Positions 27,900 through 42,014 of a stretch of 64,000 nucleotides of DNA are shown piece after piece. The stretch lies in NCBI GenBank assembly GCA_016748015.1, contig JAAOMT010000328.1:323779-387778 (forward strand). The letters run 5' to 3'. Each line of letters starts with the position of its first letter. Within the stretch, counting starts at the first letter, position 1. The stretch is from Geosiphon pyriformis uo1 (Eukaryota; Fungi; Glomeromycota). The notes under the pieces were generated by a model, which saw only the letters and a list, made by a program, of their open reading frames with translations, searched no databases and was not told the origin of the DNA. Both the position numbers and the translations under genes were made by a program.

Positions 27900-29497
27900 T
27901 ATTGCATAATTTGATTATTACAATTGTGTATTGTATAAATTAGATTATTAATTAGATAATAATATTCAATAATATGATTAACTAATAAGTAATAATTGAA
28001 ATAATAATAATATATATCAATTAATAATAAAAATTATAAGAGTAATTTTATGTTAACTAATAACTAAAATTTCATTAATAGCATAATTTTTTTCTTAAAA
28101 CTGAGCTCTATCAAAGTCCAAGTATTATTTGTAATTTCGAGATAATAATCCAAAATTATTAAAGTAATTTGATCTAAAAATTGTTGAAATTTTAATTCTG
28201 TAAACTTGCCAATGTATTGAATTTTTATTGGTTAAAATATTAGATTCTATAGAACATTTTCACAAGTATTAAATAAATCATAAAGTCTAAAAGCTGTTTT
28301 AAGTTTGTATTAAGTATTTGTTAATTCAGTTATTGTTTTGAATTTATTGTGTATTTGTTTTTAAATGATTTCTGAAGTAAAATTAGTTGCTTTGAGTTTT
28401 AATTTTCGTTGGTATAATGTTTTTCCAATTTGAAAATATCAATAACTAAGAGTATATTTACTGTTTTTATTAAACCACATTTGAAGTTTTTATTGTATTG
28501 TGATATTCAAAAAAATAAATAGAGATGACCAATAGATTTTCTTTTAAAACTTACTTCAAAAGTTTTGGTAAGTAAATTCTAAAATAACTTTTTGTGTTTC
28601 TTATATAAGGATAATAGTTTTGAGAATTATTTACTATTAGTGTTATGGTTTCTTTTTAAGTATAATTAATTTAATTATTATAGATAAATCAAAGAGTGTT
28701 TTCAAAGTTAATATTAATTTTTGGAATATTTGTTGAATGTTTCAGGAGATAATTATGATAAAGTAAATAAATTAAGAATGAAATTTGAAAAATAAAGAAA
28801 TATTTTTGGATATAGGATTTTATATATTTTGGATTTTGGGTTTTCTTAGTAATTATTTACTATTTTTGCTTTATGTTTGTATATTATTAAAAATATTATA
28901 ATAATAATAAATTAAATATTTAGATTTGGTTATTGTTTTATTATAATTATTGGTTCTAAATTTCGGAAAATATTTTTGGGATTAATTAAAGAAGAATATA
29001 TACCAATTTGTAGAATTAATAATTCAAGATTGTTTCTAAAATAATAGTGTTTTAATCAATCTTTATGTACAACTTTTGATATAATTTGTTATTAAGTTTT
29101 AATTTGTATAATCTATTGCCTAAAACTTTATAAATATAGAATGATTCATCTTATTTATATTCAAATTTTCTACTCTATTGTTTTTTAGTCTTAATTCTAT
29201 ATAAGAGAACTTTATTACTAACTTTAAATTTATTGGTGGCCAGTAGCAATTTGTTGTAATGTTATTTTTTTTGTTGAGTTTAGAAGTATTTAATATGGAT
29301 AGCTGCAATTTGTTATTTTTTTTTAATGTGTTTAGAAAAGTGTAAGCTCTTTGTTAAAGTGTTTTTTGAAAGTTTTTTTCTGTAATGAGTTGTGCTGAAT
29401 ATGTTTTTATAGTAAAATTAATTAGTAATGTTGTTGTTTTTTATAAATAAAGTTAAATAATATGTGTTTTATAATATTTTGTTTTAGTGTTTTATAT
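27900..29497 (-). pseudogene. Possible eroded gag-like region of another LTR element
   Basis: Strand-biased composition resembling gag N-terminal regions of the other elements. No clean motif. Confidence 0.3.
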
Positions 29498-30233
29498 TGT
29501 TACAGTTGAAACTTACACTTTTTATTAGTTATCACATGTATTAGACACTAATGTCATATAATTAGCCATCCTATTTTTAGATAGTGATTATTGACCTAAT
29601 TATTGACCTAATTATTAACTACTTTTTATAGCTATATAAGCAATGAATCTCTTAGCTGTAAAATAACATGTCAAAAATACAAGACATATTAAAAATCAAA
29701 GAAATAAAATAAATAAAATAAAATAAAATAACAACTTTCATTTTAATCCTTCTCTTATTGCTAATTTCTCTTTTCCTACTTTCAAGTATCTAAATATCTT
29801 GGTATAAAAGATCACTTAATAGTTATTTCCTACCTTTTTCCTAAAACATGTAATTGTAGTATTTAAAGATTATTGAATAAAATGTATCTAAAAAATACAT
29901 CTGATACTTAATATTAAATTCTAAGAATGCTAATATAAGACATAGAATTATACCAGTATGTAATTATTTGTTGACAGTACAGATTATCTCTCTACTTTCA
30001 GATTTCTCAGTTATCTTTTGAAAAGTATAGCAATTGAGATATTTTATGAGACTGATCTTATATATTGAATCCATACTTATTCAATTCGCTCTTTAAAGTT
30101 GAATTCTTTTTGATTCCTTTCATCACTCTACAATCTTGTTTTCCTTTGCTATCCATTAGCTTATTACTTTAATCTGTAACATAAAAGTGGTGCTTTTTGT
30201 GAAATTGTCAAAATTCACTTTGTTTTTTATTGT

Positions 30234-33200
30234 ATGGGTAATTATTTATATTTGCTACAACAATCAAAAAAACACTTTAAAACACACAACAAAAACAATC
30301 TAAACTTTATTGAACTTAATTTTTTGTCCTTCTGCTTAATTTGCTTTTCCATTGAAAAACAATTAAGCAGACAATTCCAAAACTTTTGGAACTGGTTTCT
30401 GAATAAGCATTTAGCTGAAACCTATACAGTTTATACAACCTATTATTTTGACTAAGCTTATTTTGAAGACAACTTTAAAGAAAGAAACAACAGTATTAAT
30501 TAGCTTTTATATTCCACAACTTTTGAACAACAGCTCCCTAATTCTGAATATCTAAATTACCAAATTCACATTTTGATTACTGTCTATCAGCTAGCTGAAA
30601 CACTCTTTGAAACAGAAAAAAAAAGCTATCAAACTTCTCCTGTTTTTGATTTCTTCTTAAGTAAATTAGAACATTCCATACAAACAGCTACTCCTAAACC
30701 AATAGCTAATGACCCTATGCAACAAAACATTTTGATTGTCCTCCAGGATATACAAACTGCTTTAGGGCAAAGAAACAATACTCTATTACTATTATTTAGA
30801 AGTAATATACAAGATCCAATTGAATAGTTAGATGACTTTAAAAAAATAGTTACAACCAACCAATATGATAATGAATACAAGTTCCAAATCATTGGTGACT
30901 ACTTTTAAGGCTCTCTTGCTACTTGGTTCTTACAAAAAACCAATGTTAATACTCAGTAAATAATCATTAAATAGACACCAGCAAATGTTGGAGAAGACAA
31001 TACCTCTTTTATTATCTGGTTTGAAACAAAATTTAGAACTCCTATCTTGATATCCAAATGACCCATAGAATTAGAAAGAAGAACCCAAGGTTTTGGTAAA
31101 GTTGTAACTAAGTATGCCAAAGCAATCAAAAAATTAATCAAGCAAGTAGACTCTAAAAAAAACTGGACAAAAGAACAGAAAATTCACTTCTTCACAAAAA
31201 GATTGAAAACTGATTTTTTTTATGCTTTTTGGCTCCTTCTGGTTCTAAAAAATAATTCTATAATAGATATAGCTATTGAACTTGCCCAGAGAATAGAAAA
31301 TAATCAAAGAATGTATCTAGGATCTACACTTCCAGTTTTTGCTTCTGCTTTTCAAATGACTGTTATCTCTTTTGCTGCCCAAACTTAAGACTCAAATAAA
31401 CAGTTAATAGATAGACTCACAGCTAATTTTGCCCAGTTACTGGAATCCTTAGTCCAAATAGTCAAAAAAAACCAATAATTTCAAAGACCCAAATATGAAT
31501 TCCATTTTAATCAACTCCAGCAATCCTCTTATCAAAGACAACAAAATTGTGATCTACCTGTATATTACTGCTGTGAATTAACTGGATATTTTTTCAAAGA
31601 TTACAACAATTCTTCTTTGCCTCCTCCAGCTCCCAGAAACAATAATAATCAAAACAACAGAACCATCAACAACAATGTTTCCAATCAAAGATCCAATTAT
31701 GCCAACATTAATTTCTTTGGAAAAGATCCTCTAGTTGAAGCTACTGTTTATTAGTTTTTAAACTAGTATGTGCATCTCCAAAGGATGAGAGTGCAAGCCA
31801 ACCAGAAGAAAACTTTTTTTATGCTTTTAATCTAACTAATGATGACCATGACATAAATGAACTAGCAATTAATACCTCTGAATTAACAAAAAAGAAGAAA
31901 AAAGCCAAGATTGATTTCATTCTAGATCCAAACAAAGCATCCATATCAACTGCTAATAACAATAAGCCACCAAAAGCTAAAGTTTTTAAAAATCCTCTAA
32001 AGTTAGAACCCCCAGAAATAATACAAAAATCTTGTCTTTATTTTGTTGTTAAAGATCTCATAGAAATCCCAGCACATATTACATTTGGCCAACTAATAAT
32101 TCATCCACAGTTCAGAAAAAATCTTTGCAAATTATTAATTCCAAAGAAAAAAACACCAAAAACCAACAAGTGCTCTTGTCAAGCTAGACTTGCTAACAAC
32201 AGCAATGTTACCTTCTTCATTTGCAAAACCCAAATGGCTGGTTATTTTATTGACTTAATTCTAGATAATAGATTATCTGTTAGTGTAATTGCCAAATACT
32301 TTTTGGAAGCCATTGAAAAAAAGATTGATGAATCTTCTATTCAGCCTATGACCAATATACATGGTGACAAGAAAAAAGGCCTGGGCATAGCCAAAGCTGT
32401 TCCTGTTTGCATCAATAGTATTAGCATTGAAACTGACATAGAAGTATCTGAAGCAAAAAAATACACCATAATTGTTGGCAATAAGTGGTTTAAGAAAGTT
32501 AAAGCACTATTTAACTATAAACTTTGTAAGCTAATTATCAGATGTGATGAGAAACCCATTGTGGTTAAGTGCTATTATTGGACAGCTTCTCTAGTACTCA
32601 AGTAAAATTAAAAAGATAAACAATTAAATAAATCAGATGATAATAAGAGTGATAAAAAAGAAAATCAAGAAGAACAAGAGGAAACTGCTGAACTTACCTA
32701 TACTATTTTCATCAGCAATGACAAACTACTGGATAATGTCAAGGCTGACAGAAAAAAAATTATTGTTAATAACAAGCTAATTTGCTGACTTTATTATAAT
32801 ATCCTCAGAAAAATCTTTGATAAAAAGCCTGGCAAAAAAGCAAAATACAGTTATTGGTAACATGGTTTTTGTGTCTAGTGTTGGTGTAATAAACTTTTAT
32901 ATTTTCTTAGTAATAAATACAAATCCTGTCTAATCTATTACAAAGATTGGGAATCTATTAGCCTAATATCAAAAAAAGAATTAAGAGAAATACAAAAGTC
33001 TTTTAAAAGTGAACCACCTGAGATTCAATTACTTGTAGTAAAACAAGATATTAAAAATCTGTTGACTAGAAATAGCCCAATTATCTTAAAAGAAAGTAAT
33101 ATTTCTGAATGAACTTATGTGATACAACACATTATTACCACTAGAAAAACTTGTTCTATCTATTTGAAGCTTTATCAATCCAATTGACACAATAATAAAT

Positions 33201-34416
33201 TCATCAAAAAAGAAATAACCTGAATAAAAAACCTTGGATTTATACAAGAAACCAAGAATAAATAGGTTTTTCCAATTGTAATAGTATTCAAAAAAGATAG
33301 AATCCTATGCTTCTGTGTTAACTATTGCCAATTAAATGCTATCACTATAAGAAAAATGTACTTACTCCTCAAAATTAATGCAATGTTAGACAAATTCAAT
33401 AATACTGCTTTCTTTTCAACTATTAACTTAACTGCTGGATTCTGGTAAGTAAAGATGGATCCAAAAAGCAAAAAAAAACTGCTTTTATTACCAAGTATGG
33501 CACCTATAAATTCACAGTTATGTCTTTTGGTCTTATCAATGCTCCTTCTACTTTTCAATGCCTAATAGACAAAATGTTTGAATCAGTAAAAAAAAACTTT
33601 GTTTTAGTCTATTTAGATAATATAATAATATACTCAAAAACCTGGAATAAACATTTTGAACACTTGCAAAAAATTTTTGATCTTCTTAGAAATACTGGCC
33701 TCAAGATAAACCCAATTAAATCTTTCTTTGGATAACAATCTACTCAGTTCCTTGGTCATTTTATTACAAAAGATAGAATCTTTCTTAACTTAGCTAAAAT
33801 TAAAAAAGTCCAAAACATTAGACAATTAATAAATGTTCCTGAACTATGCTTTTTCTTTGGTTTAACTTTTTACTATTGCAAATTTATCAAGAATTTCTCT
33901 AAAATCATCTTTCTTCTTAATCAGCTACTCAGAAAAAAATATCAATTATTACTAGAACATTCATTAACAAAAAGCTTTTGAAACTCTGAAGAAAAAACTT
34001 GTTACTAAACTAATCCTTAAACAATCTGATCTGGACCAATCTTTTATTTTGTATACTAATACATCTGGCTATAGACTTGGTGCTGTTCTCTTACAAAAAG
34101 ATAAAAATGGCAGAGAACATGCTATACCATATGCTAATAAAACTCTTACACCAGCAAAAAAAAACTATTTAGTTACTAAACAAGAATACATGACAGTAGT
34201 TTGAACTACTAGTTACTGAGACCAATATCTTTTTGGTGTAAAATTCTTAGTAGTAACAGATCATCAAGTCTTGGTTTGGCTGCACAATAAAAAAAGCTGG
34301 AACACAAATAAATAACTCACTGAATACTTCTTCTAAATAAATTCAACTATGATATTCAATACTACAAAAGAGCAAATAATCAAAATATTAATGTTTTCTC
34401 TAAACTTGTCATCTAA
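30234..34416 (+). pseudogene. pol: gag-pol (gag, CCHC knuckle, protease, RT, RNase H) of family A, with many stops
   Basis: Eroded CCHC at ~31560. Protease LILDNRLSVSVI (eroded DSG) at ~32250. RT MSFGLINAPSTFQ...LVYLDNII at 33520-33735. RH motifs at ~34040-34410. Confidence 0.9.
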
Positions 34417-34482
34417 TAATAGTACAATCTTTCAATCAAACCAACTTAATTATTAGTAATACTCTTATAAACAAACATAATA

Positions 34483-35795
34483 ATGGATTTGAACAATTAC
34501 TCTGCCTTAATAGAATTTTTGGATAAAAGACAATACCTACCAGAATACACTCAACAGCAAAGAAAACATTTGCACAAACAATCAAATTTCTATTTGATTT
34601 GCCAAAATCAACTATATAAAAGAAATAAAAAAGATTTTGATCATTCTCAGAAAGTTATTAGATTTGAAGAAAAAAAATTGTGATTTATAACATATACATT
34701 GATTTATTAGCTGAACATTTTGAAAAAACAAAAACAATCTAAAAAACTTTAGTTTGCTATTATTAGCCTACCTTAAGAAAAGATATTGCTGAGTATATCA
34801 AAACCTGTAACATCTGCCAAAAAAGAGACAAATCCAACCAAAAAGAAAATATCCATCCAATTTCTGTTGGTCAATTATTTAACAGAATTAGTATAAATGT
34901 TGTTAGACCTTTAACAATAACTTTTAATGGCAATAAATATATTATTACAGTTACTAATTATCTTACAAAATGGGTAGAAGCAAGAATTACTTCAGACCAA
35001 ACAGCAGTCTCAATAGCCAACTTCATATATGAAGATATTATTTGCCATCATGACTGCTCTAAAGAACTTTTATCTGATAGAAAAAGAGCTTTTTTCAGTA
35101 CACTGGTTGAAGAACTTTGTAGAAAAATAAGAATATGTCATAAACTTTCTTCTTCTTACCACTCTCAAACAAATAGTCTAGTGAAATGTTTTAATAGAAC
35201 ACTATGTAAAACTTTAACCAAAACCAGTAAAGAAACAAACTTATAGGACAAATTATTGCCTTTAGCTTTGTTTGCTTATAGAACTGTAAATCATAACATA
35301 ACAAGTTATGAACCTTTTTATCTGCTCTATAAATGCATAACAATACTACTAATAGAAACTAATATTGAAATAATATCCTTTGAAAAAATCACAATAGAGA
35401 ATTATAAAGACATTTTGCAAAAAAGACTTGATATTATTTTTGATTTATTGGTAGAAGCACAAATAATTGCCTTTAAAAAGATAAAACAGTTCTAAGAAAA
35501 GCTTAAGAAAAAAAAATCTATAAAACACTTTCCTTAAGTATTAGTCACTTAGTATTGGAATATCATTCAGATAAAGACAATGTCTATGGTAATAAATTTT
35601 TTAGCCAATAGAAAGGATCTTTTTTAGTTAACAAAGTTTTAAACAATGGTTCTTATATTCTTCGAGATTAATTTGAAACAATCTTTAATAATTGTCTTGT
35701 TCATAGTACACAACTTAAAAAATATTATTAATAACTTAATTGGTTGCCTGTTATGGTAATACCAACTCAAATGATCAGCAAAAATCAAGAATAAA
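34483..35795 (+). pseudogene. Integrase (Zn-binding, rve core, GPY/F-like C-terminus) with its own ATG
   Basis: MDLNNYSALIEFL start, IKTCNICQ, NYLTKWVEA, SSYHSQTNSLVKCFNRTL, LPLALFAYRT. Confidence 0.88.
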
Positions 35796-35799
35796 TAAA

Positions 35800-36438
35800 T
35801 GCACCATTCCCAAAACAGAGGTATTTTCAATTGACATAAATAATTATTTTCTGGATCAAAACATCCAAAATGTCTTCTATACTCTCCATAAGTATTGGAT
35901 CTGACTATTGAAAAACAGACTACCATAACTGATAACAATAGAACACATACTATTATTAGACCAAAAAAAACAACTATTAAAAGAAAAAAAATTGGTTGCA
36001 AAATAGATAAATATCTGCTGGAAAGTATAACAGTAGCAATACTTTTATCTTTCAGCACAATTGGAAAAACAATTTAAGAAATCTTACCTATAAACAAAAA
36101 CTTGTTATATGGAAGGCAATTAAAACTCTATGATTATCTTGGTGAAATTATAGAGAATATAAACACATAAAAAAAACAACTTCAGAGATATAGGCAGAAA
36201 TTTTGGGCATTATATAGTTAAATGTCTGAAAAGTTTTAACTATTGCTAAAAGAGCCAAAACTTTAATACAAAGATTTAGTTTCTTAAATACAAAACTTAT
36301 TTTGTCTCAAGTATTATATACCCTATCCACAAAAGACTTTAACAAACTAGTTAGCTTTGAGTTAGACAAAACCCTTTAAATAGATTACACTATGAATAAC
36401 TTGATTTTGCTGGAGCTTAATTTCTTTGAAAAAAATAA
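35800..36438 (+). pseudogene. ORF3 of family A (unknown function, env position)
   Basis: Frame conserved in four copies (also 37118-37753, 56650-57370 and 1540-2000). Runs into the PPT. Confidence 0.75.
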
Positions 36439-37117
36439 TGTTATAGTTGAAACTCATACTTTTTATTGGTTATTACATGTATTAGCCACTAATGTCATAT
36501 AATTTGCTATCCTATTTTTAGATAGTAATCATTGACCTAATCAATGACTTAACTGTTGATCTAATTATTAACCTAATTATTAACCACTTTTAATAGCTAT
36601 ATAAGCAATGAATCTCTTAGCTGTAGAAATACATGTTAAAAATCAAGAAAATCAAATAAATAAAATAACAACTTTCATCTCAATCCTTTTCTTATTACTA
36701 ATTTCTCTTTTTTTATCTTTAAGTATCTGAACATTTTGAGATAAAAGATTACTTGTTGGTTATTCCCTACTTTTTCTTAAAATATGTAATTGTAGCATTT
36801 GAAGATTATTGAATAAAACATGACTAAAGAGTACATCTAATACTTGATATTGAATTCTAAAAGTGCCAATATGAGGCATAAAATTATACCAGTATGTGAT
36901 TATTTGTTGACAGTATAGACTATTTCTTTATCTTCAGATTCTCTGATTATCTTTTGAAAAGTATAGCAACAGAGATATTTTATAAGACTGATTTTGCATA
37001 TTTAATCCATACTTATTCAATTCATTCTTTAAAGTTAAATTCTCTTTGATTTCTTTTATTATCCTACAATCTTGTTCTTCCTTGCTATCTATTAGCTTGT
37101 TACTCCAATTCATAATA

Positions 37118-38443
37118 GTATTTTTAATTAACATGAACAATTATTTTCTGGATTAAAACATTCAAAATGCTTTCTATACTCTACATAAGTATTGAATCAA
37201 AAACTATTCAAATACTACTCTGATCATTGGAAAACAGACCATCATAACTAATAACAATGGAACACATACTGTTATTAAACCAAAGAAAACTACTAGAAGA
37301 GAAAAAATTGGTAGCAAAATGGATAAATATCTGCTAAAAAGTATAACAACAGCAATATTTTTACCTTTTAGCACAATTGGAAAAACAATCTAAAAAATCT
37401 TGTCCATAGACAAAAACTTGTTATATGAAAGACAATTATAACTCTATGGTTACCTTAATGAAATCATAAAAGATATGAAACTTATAAAAAACAACTTCAA
37501 AGATACAGATAGAAATTTTAAGCATTATATAATTAAATGTTTCAAGAGTTTTAATTATTGCTAAAAGAGCCAAAACTCTTATACAAAGATTTAATTTCTT
37601 GAATATAAAACTTATTTTGTCTCAAGTATTATTTACTTTATTTATAAAAAACTTTAATAAACTAGTTAGTTTTGAGCTAGACAAAATCTTTTAAATAGAT
37701 TATTCTATAAATAACTTGATTTTACTAAAGCTCAATCTTTTTAAAGAAAAAGATGTTATAGTTAAAACTCATACTTTTTATTAGTTATTACATATATTAG
37801 CCACTGATATTATATAATTAGCCACTCTATTTTTAGATAGTAATTATTAACTTAATTAATAACCTGACTGTTAACCTAATTATTGATTTAATCATTGATC
37901 TGGTTATTAACCACTTACAAATAATAAGTTTCTTAGCTGTAGAATTACATGATCAAAGTAATAAAATAAAACCCACTATCAATTACTTCTTCTCATATCA
38001 CTTATTTTTTTTTCTTTACTTTTAAGTATCTGAATATCTTGGAATAAAAAATTACTTGTTGGCATTTACATATCTTATCTTTTCTTTTTCTTAATTTGTA
38101 TTGTTAAAATTAGCCTAAAAAATAATTGCTTGTTCTTGTGATTTATTGAATAAAAAAATAATTGAAAAGCACAACAATACCTGTTATTGATTTTAAGAAT
38201 TACTGAGTTAAGAAATAGAATAATAGCAGTGATATTATCTTGTTGACAATCATAGATTATTCCTCTATCTTTAAATTTCCAGAAAAAATTTGCAACTGTG
38301 ATTCTTATGAAACTAATTACATACATTAAATTTTTACTTATTCAATTTACTTCCATATTGTAATTTTTTCTTTGATTATTTTTATCACTCTATTATCTTG
38401 TTCTTTTTTGCTATCCATTAGCTTGTTACTCCAATCTGTAACA
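37118..38443 (+). mobile_element. 3' remnant of a gypsy A2 element (ORF3 37118-37753 plus LTR 37754-38443)
   Basis: 37118 onward aligns with 35821 onward. The LTR carries the A2-specific segment shared with 1081-1170. Right flank ATGT. Confidence 0.88.
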
Positions 38444-40506
38444 ATGTCAAAGATGTTATCATAAACTGAAAAATTTTTATTATTATTATTGTCATCATCA
38501 TCATTATTTATATCATTATTATCTGATACTTTTTCTAAGCAGCCCATTCACACTTCTTTTTTAGGTTTGTTATTTCTTTCTGCATTATAGAAGTTATAGC
38601 ACCAACAGCTTTAATTTGCTTAGCCAATCCAGCCACACTTTTTTTTATTGACACATCTATGGCCAACAGATTCAATTAAAAATTTTATCAACAAAGAAAG
38701 TTTACTAAGATGAAATTCCAAAAAAGCCAATTTAGATTTAACAGCATTATTGGGAGTGGAAAGAACAACAGACAACATGAATGTTGAAGCTTTCGAAAGA
38801 TCACCAAAAGCTAAGTCCATATCAACAGTAGCAACAACAGAAAAAACTACAAAGACAACAGCTTTGGCATAAGATTTAAATTTAGCAAATAAAAATTTAA
38901 AAACTTTGGGACCACTAGCAGAGTTAAAAGAAAATTTGGAAGGAAAAGGTAGTGACATTTTGCAGTCTATAACCAAATAATTCAAGTCTTAATACTTGTA
39001 GTAGCAGTGATATTCAGGAGTTTTTTACCAGATATAACAATTATACAAGATACCAGTTTTTGACATAGCAATATCCAAAGATTCCAAGAAATTAAAGGTA
39101 ATCACAACATAACATTAACATTAGTATAATTCAAGAGAACAAAAAATGAAACATGTTTGGCCACCAATTTGAAAGACCAACTTATTTATCTTAAAGACAG
39201 TATAGCCAAAGAAAAGATTAACCAACTTAGCTTTAAAGACATCTCTTAAAGTAATAACCTTTTTTTGGTTAACAACAGAGAAAATTCTAATACTGACTTT
39301 TCTAACCAGAACAGACCAGTAAATAAAAGCAGCAGCAGCAGAAAAAGTGTCTTTGAATTGAATTACAGCATACTGCCACAAGTCAGCAGACTTTAACTTA
39401 ACTAAAGTGGCAACACCAAAAATGTCAAAAGCAGCTTTGATGTTATCAGAAGAGATACTCAAAGGTACATTATAAAATACAACTAACAGAGGAAAGAAAA
39501 AAACAGAGGCCACACCAAAAAACCATACAATCTTAAAAGTGGTCAAAAAAACTTCATTACTAATGGTCATTTTGGTGGCACTATTTAGACTCTTTTGAGA
39601 TGCAAATTCCATACAAAACAACTTAACAGTATATGGTAAAACTGATTTAAGCCCAATACAACCAGACAACAACTAAAATAAAAAACTAAACAGGGCCATT
39701 TTAATCTTATATGTAGCACCAAACACTAGAATAGAGGCCACTCATTCAAAAAACTTTTGGTGACTATTTACATTCACTCAAGCATCACTATCAACAACAC
39801 CAGAAATTGGAGGAGGAATAGTTGATTCTATTTTCATCTGATCAGTCCAATCTTTGAGATTATCTAAAGTGATAGACTGTTTTGCTTCTATTACAGATAA
39901 TGATTTGCTAAAAAGTACCACATCAGACAATACAGCCAGTAATTAATTTTGTTCTATCTTGAAAGATGTACTATTGCTGTTGTTATCTATATCAAGAAGA
40001 GAGCTGGCTGCTGCTATGGAGATCTTTTCTAACCACAAAAAGGTTTGGTGTTATCATAGCAATTACAAATGCCTGCTGCTGTTTTTTGGCTTTTTTGGCT
40101 TTTTTAGCTATTTGTAAAGCAATAGTAGTAGTAGTAGTAGTAGTAATAGTAAGAGTAATAAGAGCAGAAAAAACCAACTTGTTAACTAGTCTGTTATTAA
40201 AAATCTTTGGGCTTTTAAAAGTGGTAGAAACAACATTGAGACTAATCTGAATGTGTTTTTTTGAAAGAATTTTAACAAAAAAAAAATTACTAGCCAAAAG
40301 TAAAGAAAATAAACCAAAAACTGCTAAAGACAGCTTTTTACTAATGTTTTTTAAAGGAAATGTAGTCAAAATATTTTGTCTAGCTGTTTCAATAACAAAG
40401 AGACTTTTTTGTGTTAAAACTTTATTAGTTATTATAAAAAAAGTAATGTTTGCAACTTTTTTACTTTTAGTTTTTGTTATGGTCATAAAAAATAGGAAAA
40501 AAAGAG
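38444..40506 (-). mobile_element. ORF1-only (HAL1-like) element with intact 5' end; 3' end cut off by the LTR
   Basis: ORF fragments 39992-40486, 39121-39672, 38620-38985 and an acidic tail are collinear with 60774-62930 and 62931-64000. T-run at 40507-40524. Confidence 0.85.
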
Positions 40507-40524
40507 TTTTTTTTTTTTTTTTTT

Positions 40525-41608
40525 AAATAGTCAATTTTCTTTTTGGCTATATTGTTTTTAAGATAAGTAATTTGGTTTTTTAAGTTGGTGGCTGAACATG
40601 TTTTATTTTCTGCTCTTCTAAATCATATAAATGTTAATGCTTTGTTGTGATTATCTTTGATTTTTTGGAATTTCTGAACATTGCTGTATTAAGACTAGTA
40701 TCTTGCATAATTGTTATATCTGGTAGGAAACTCCTAGATGTCACTGCTGTTACAAGTGTCAAGACTTAGATTATTTGGCTGTAGACTACAAAATATTACC
40801 ACCTCTCCCTTCCAAATTTTCTTCCAACTTTGCTAATGGCCTCAAAGTTTTCAAATCTTTATTTGCTGAATCTAAATCTTATGTCAAAGTTATTGTTTTT
40901 GTGGTTCTTTTTGTTGCTGCTGCTGTTGATATGGACTTGGCTCTTAGTGGTTCTTTCAAAGCTACAATATCTATGTTGCCTGTTGTTTCTTTTACTCTCA
41001 ATAATGCTCTTAATGAACTTTTTTTATTAATAAAATCTATAGTTGAATCTGTTGGCTCTCTGGTTGTATTGATTACCAAATTGCTGTTTACTTCACTTAC
41101 CATAGATATAACAGTAAAAAAAAGTGTGAGTGAATTGGCTAAACAAATTAAAGCTGTTGGTACTATAACTTCTATAATGCAGAAAAGAATAACAAATCTA
41201 AAAAAAAATATAAATGAGTCTGTTTGGAAGAAGTATTGAATAATGATAATATAGATAATAATAATGATGATAATAATAATAATAATAATAATAAATATTT
41301 TTTAGTTTATGACAATATCTTTAATATTATAATATATTTATAGAAAGATTAGTCCTCCAATATTAAATTCAATCCTTAAGAATAGTTATAAACTTGTTAG
41401 CATTATGAGTAAGATATATGAATTAGATATGTTTAATATATAAGGTAGCATAAGTAGTACTAGTATGTAGTTAGGATTTTCTGCTTGTAGTTAGTTGTAT
41501 CTTGTGATTTTGTATTATTGGGTAAGCTGACTTTATAAAAATGTTACAATTCTGTAAACATAACTAATAAACATCCAGTGTGGCTATATATTAACATAAA
41601 AAAAAAAA
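40525..41608 (+). mobile_element. 3' half of an ORF1-only element with poly(A) tail
   Basis: Eroded knuckle CQDLDYLAVDY, acidic GAT/AAT repeats, 3' UTR and A11 at 41598-41608. Confidence 0.85.
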
Positions 41609-42014
41609 GAACATTTACAAAAGATTTTTGATTTTTTCAAAAATGCTGGCCTTAAGATCAATCCTATTAAATCATTTTTTAGATAACAATCTACCCAGTT
41701 TTTTGGTCATTTTATTACAAAAGATAGAATTTTCTTTAATCCAGCCAAAGTTAAAAAAATTCAGAACATTAAACAACTAATGAATGTTTATAAACTATAC
41801 TTTTTTCTGAATTGGCCTCTTATTATCACAAATTTATCAAAAATTTTTCCAAAATCACCTTTTTTCTTAATCAGCTATTCAAGAAAATCGTCAATTATCA
41901 CTGAAGTACATATTAACAAAAAGCATTTAAAACTTTAAAAGAAAAATTGGTTACAGAATCTATTCTTATACAACCTAATTTAGATCAATCTTTTATTCTT
42001 TATACTAATATATG
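41609..42014 (+). pseudogene. Orphan RT/RH fragment of family A
   Basis: Aligns with about 33658-34063. Confidence 0.9.

Larger units (their letters stand above)
29498..37117 (+). mobile_element. Ty3/gypsy family A, apparently full length but probably chimeric: 5' LTR 29498-30181, PBS, gag, PR, RT, RH, IN, ORF3, PPT, 3' LTR 36439-37117
   Basis: LTR pair TGTTA...TAACA/TAATA. PBS TGGTGCTTT at 30188. Domain order PR-RT-RH-IN. Flanks ATAT/GTAT. Confidence 0.93.

Noticed and set aside
35800-36438. ORF3 as an env gene
   Set aside because: Too short, with no signal peptide, furin site or TM helix visible.
29494-37121. ATAT/GTAT as a true TSD of an intact element
   Set aside because: The left and right flanks belong to different target sequences.
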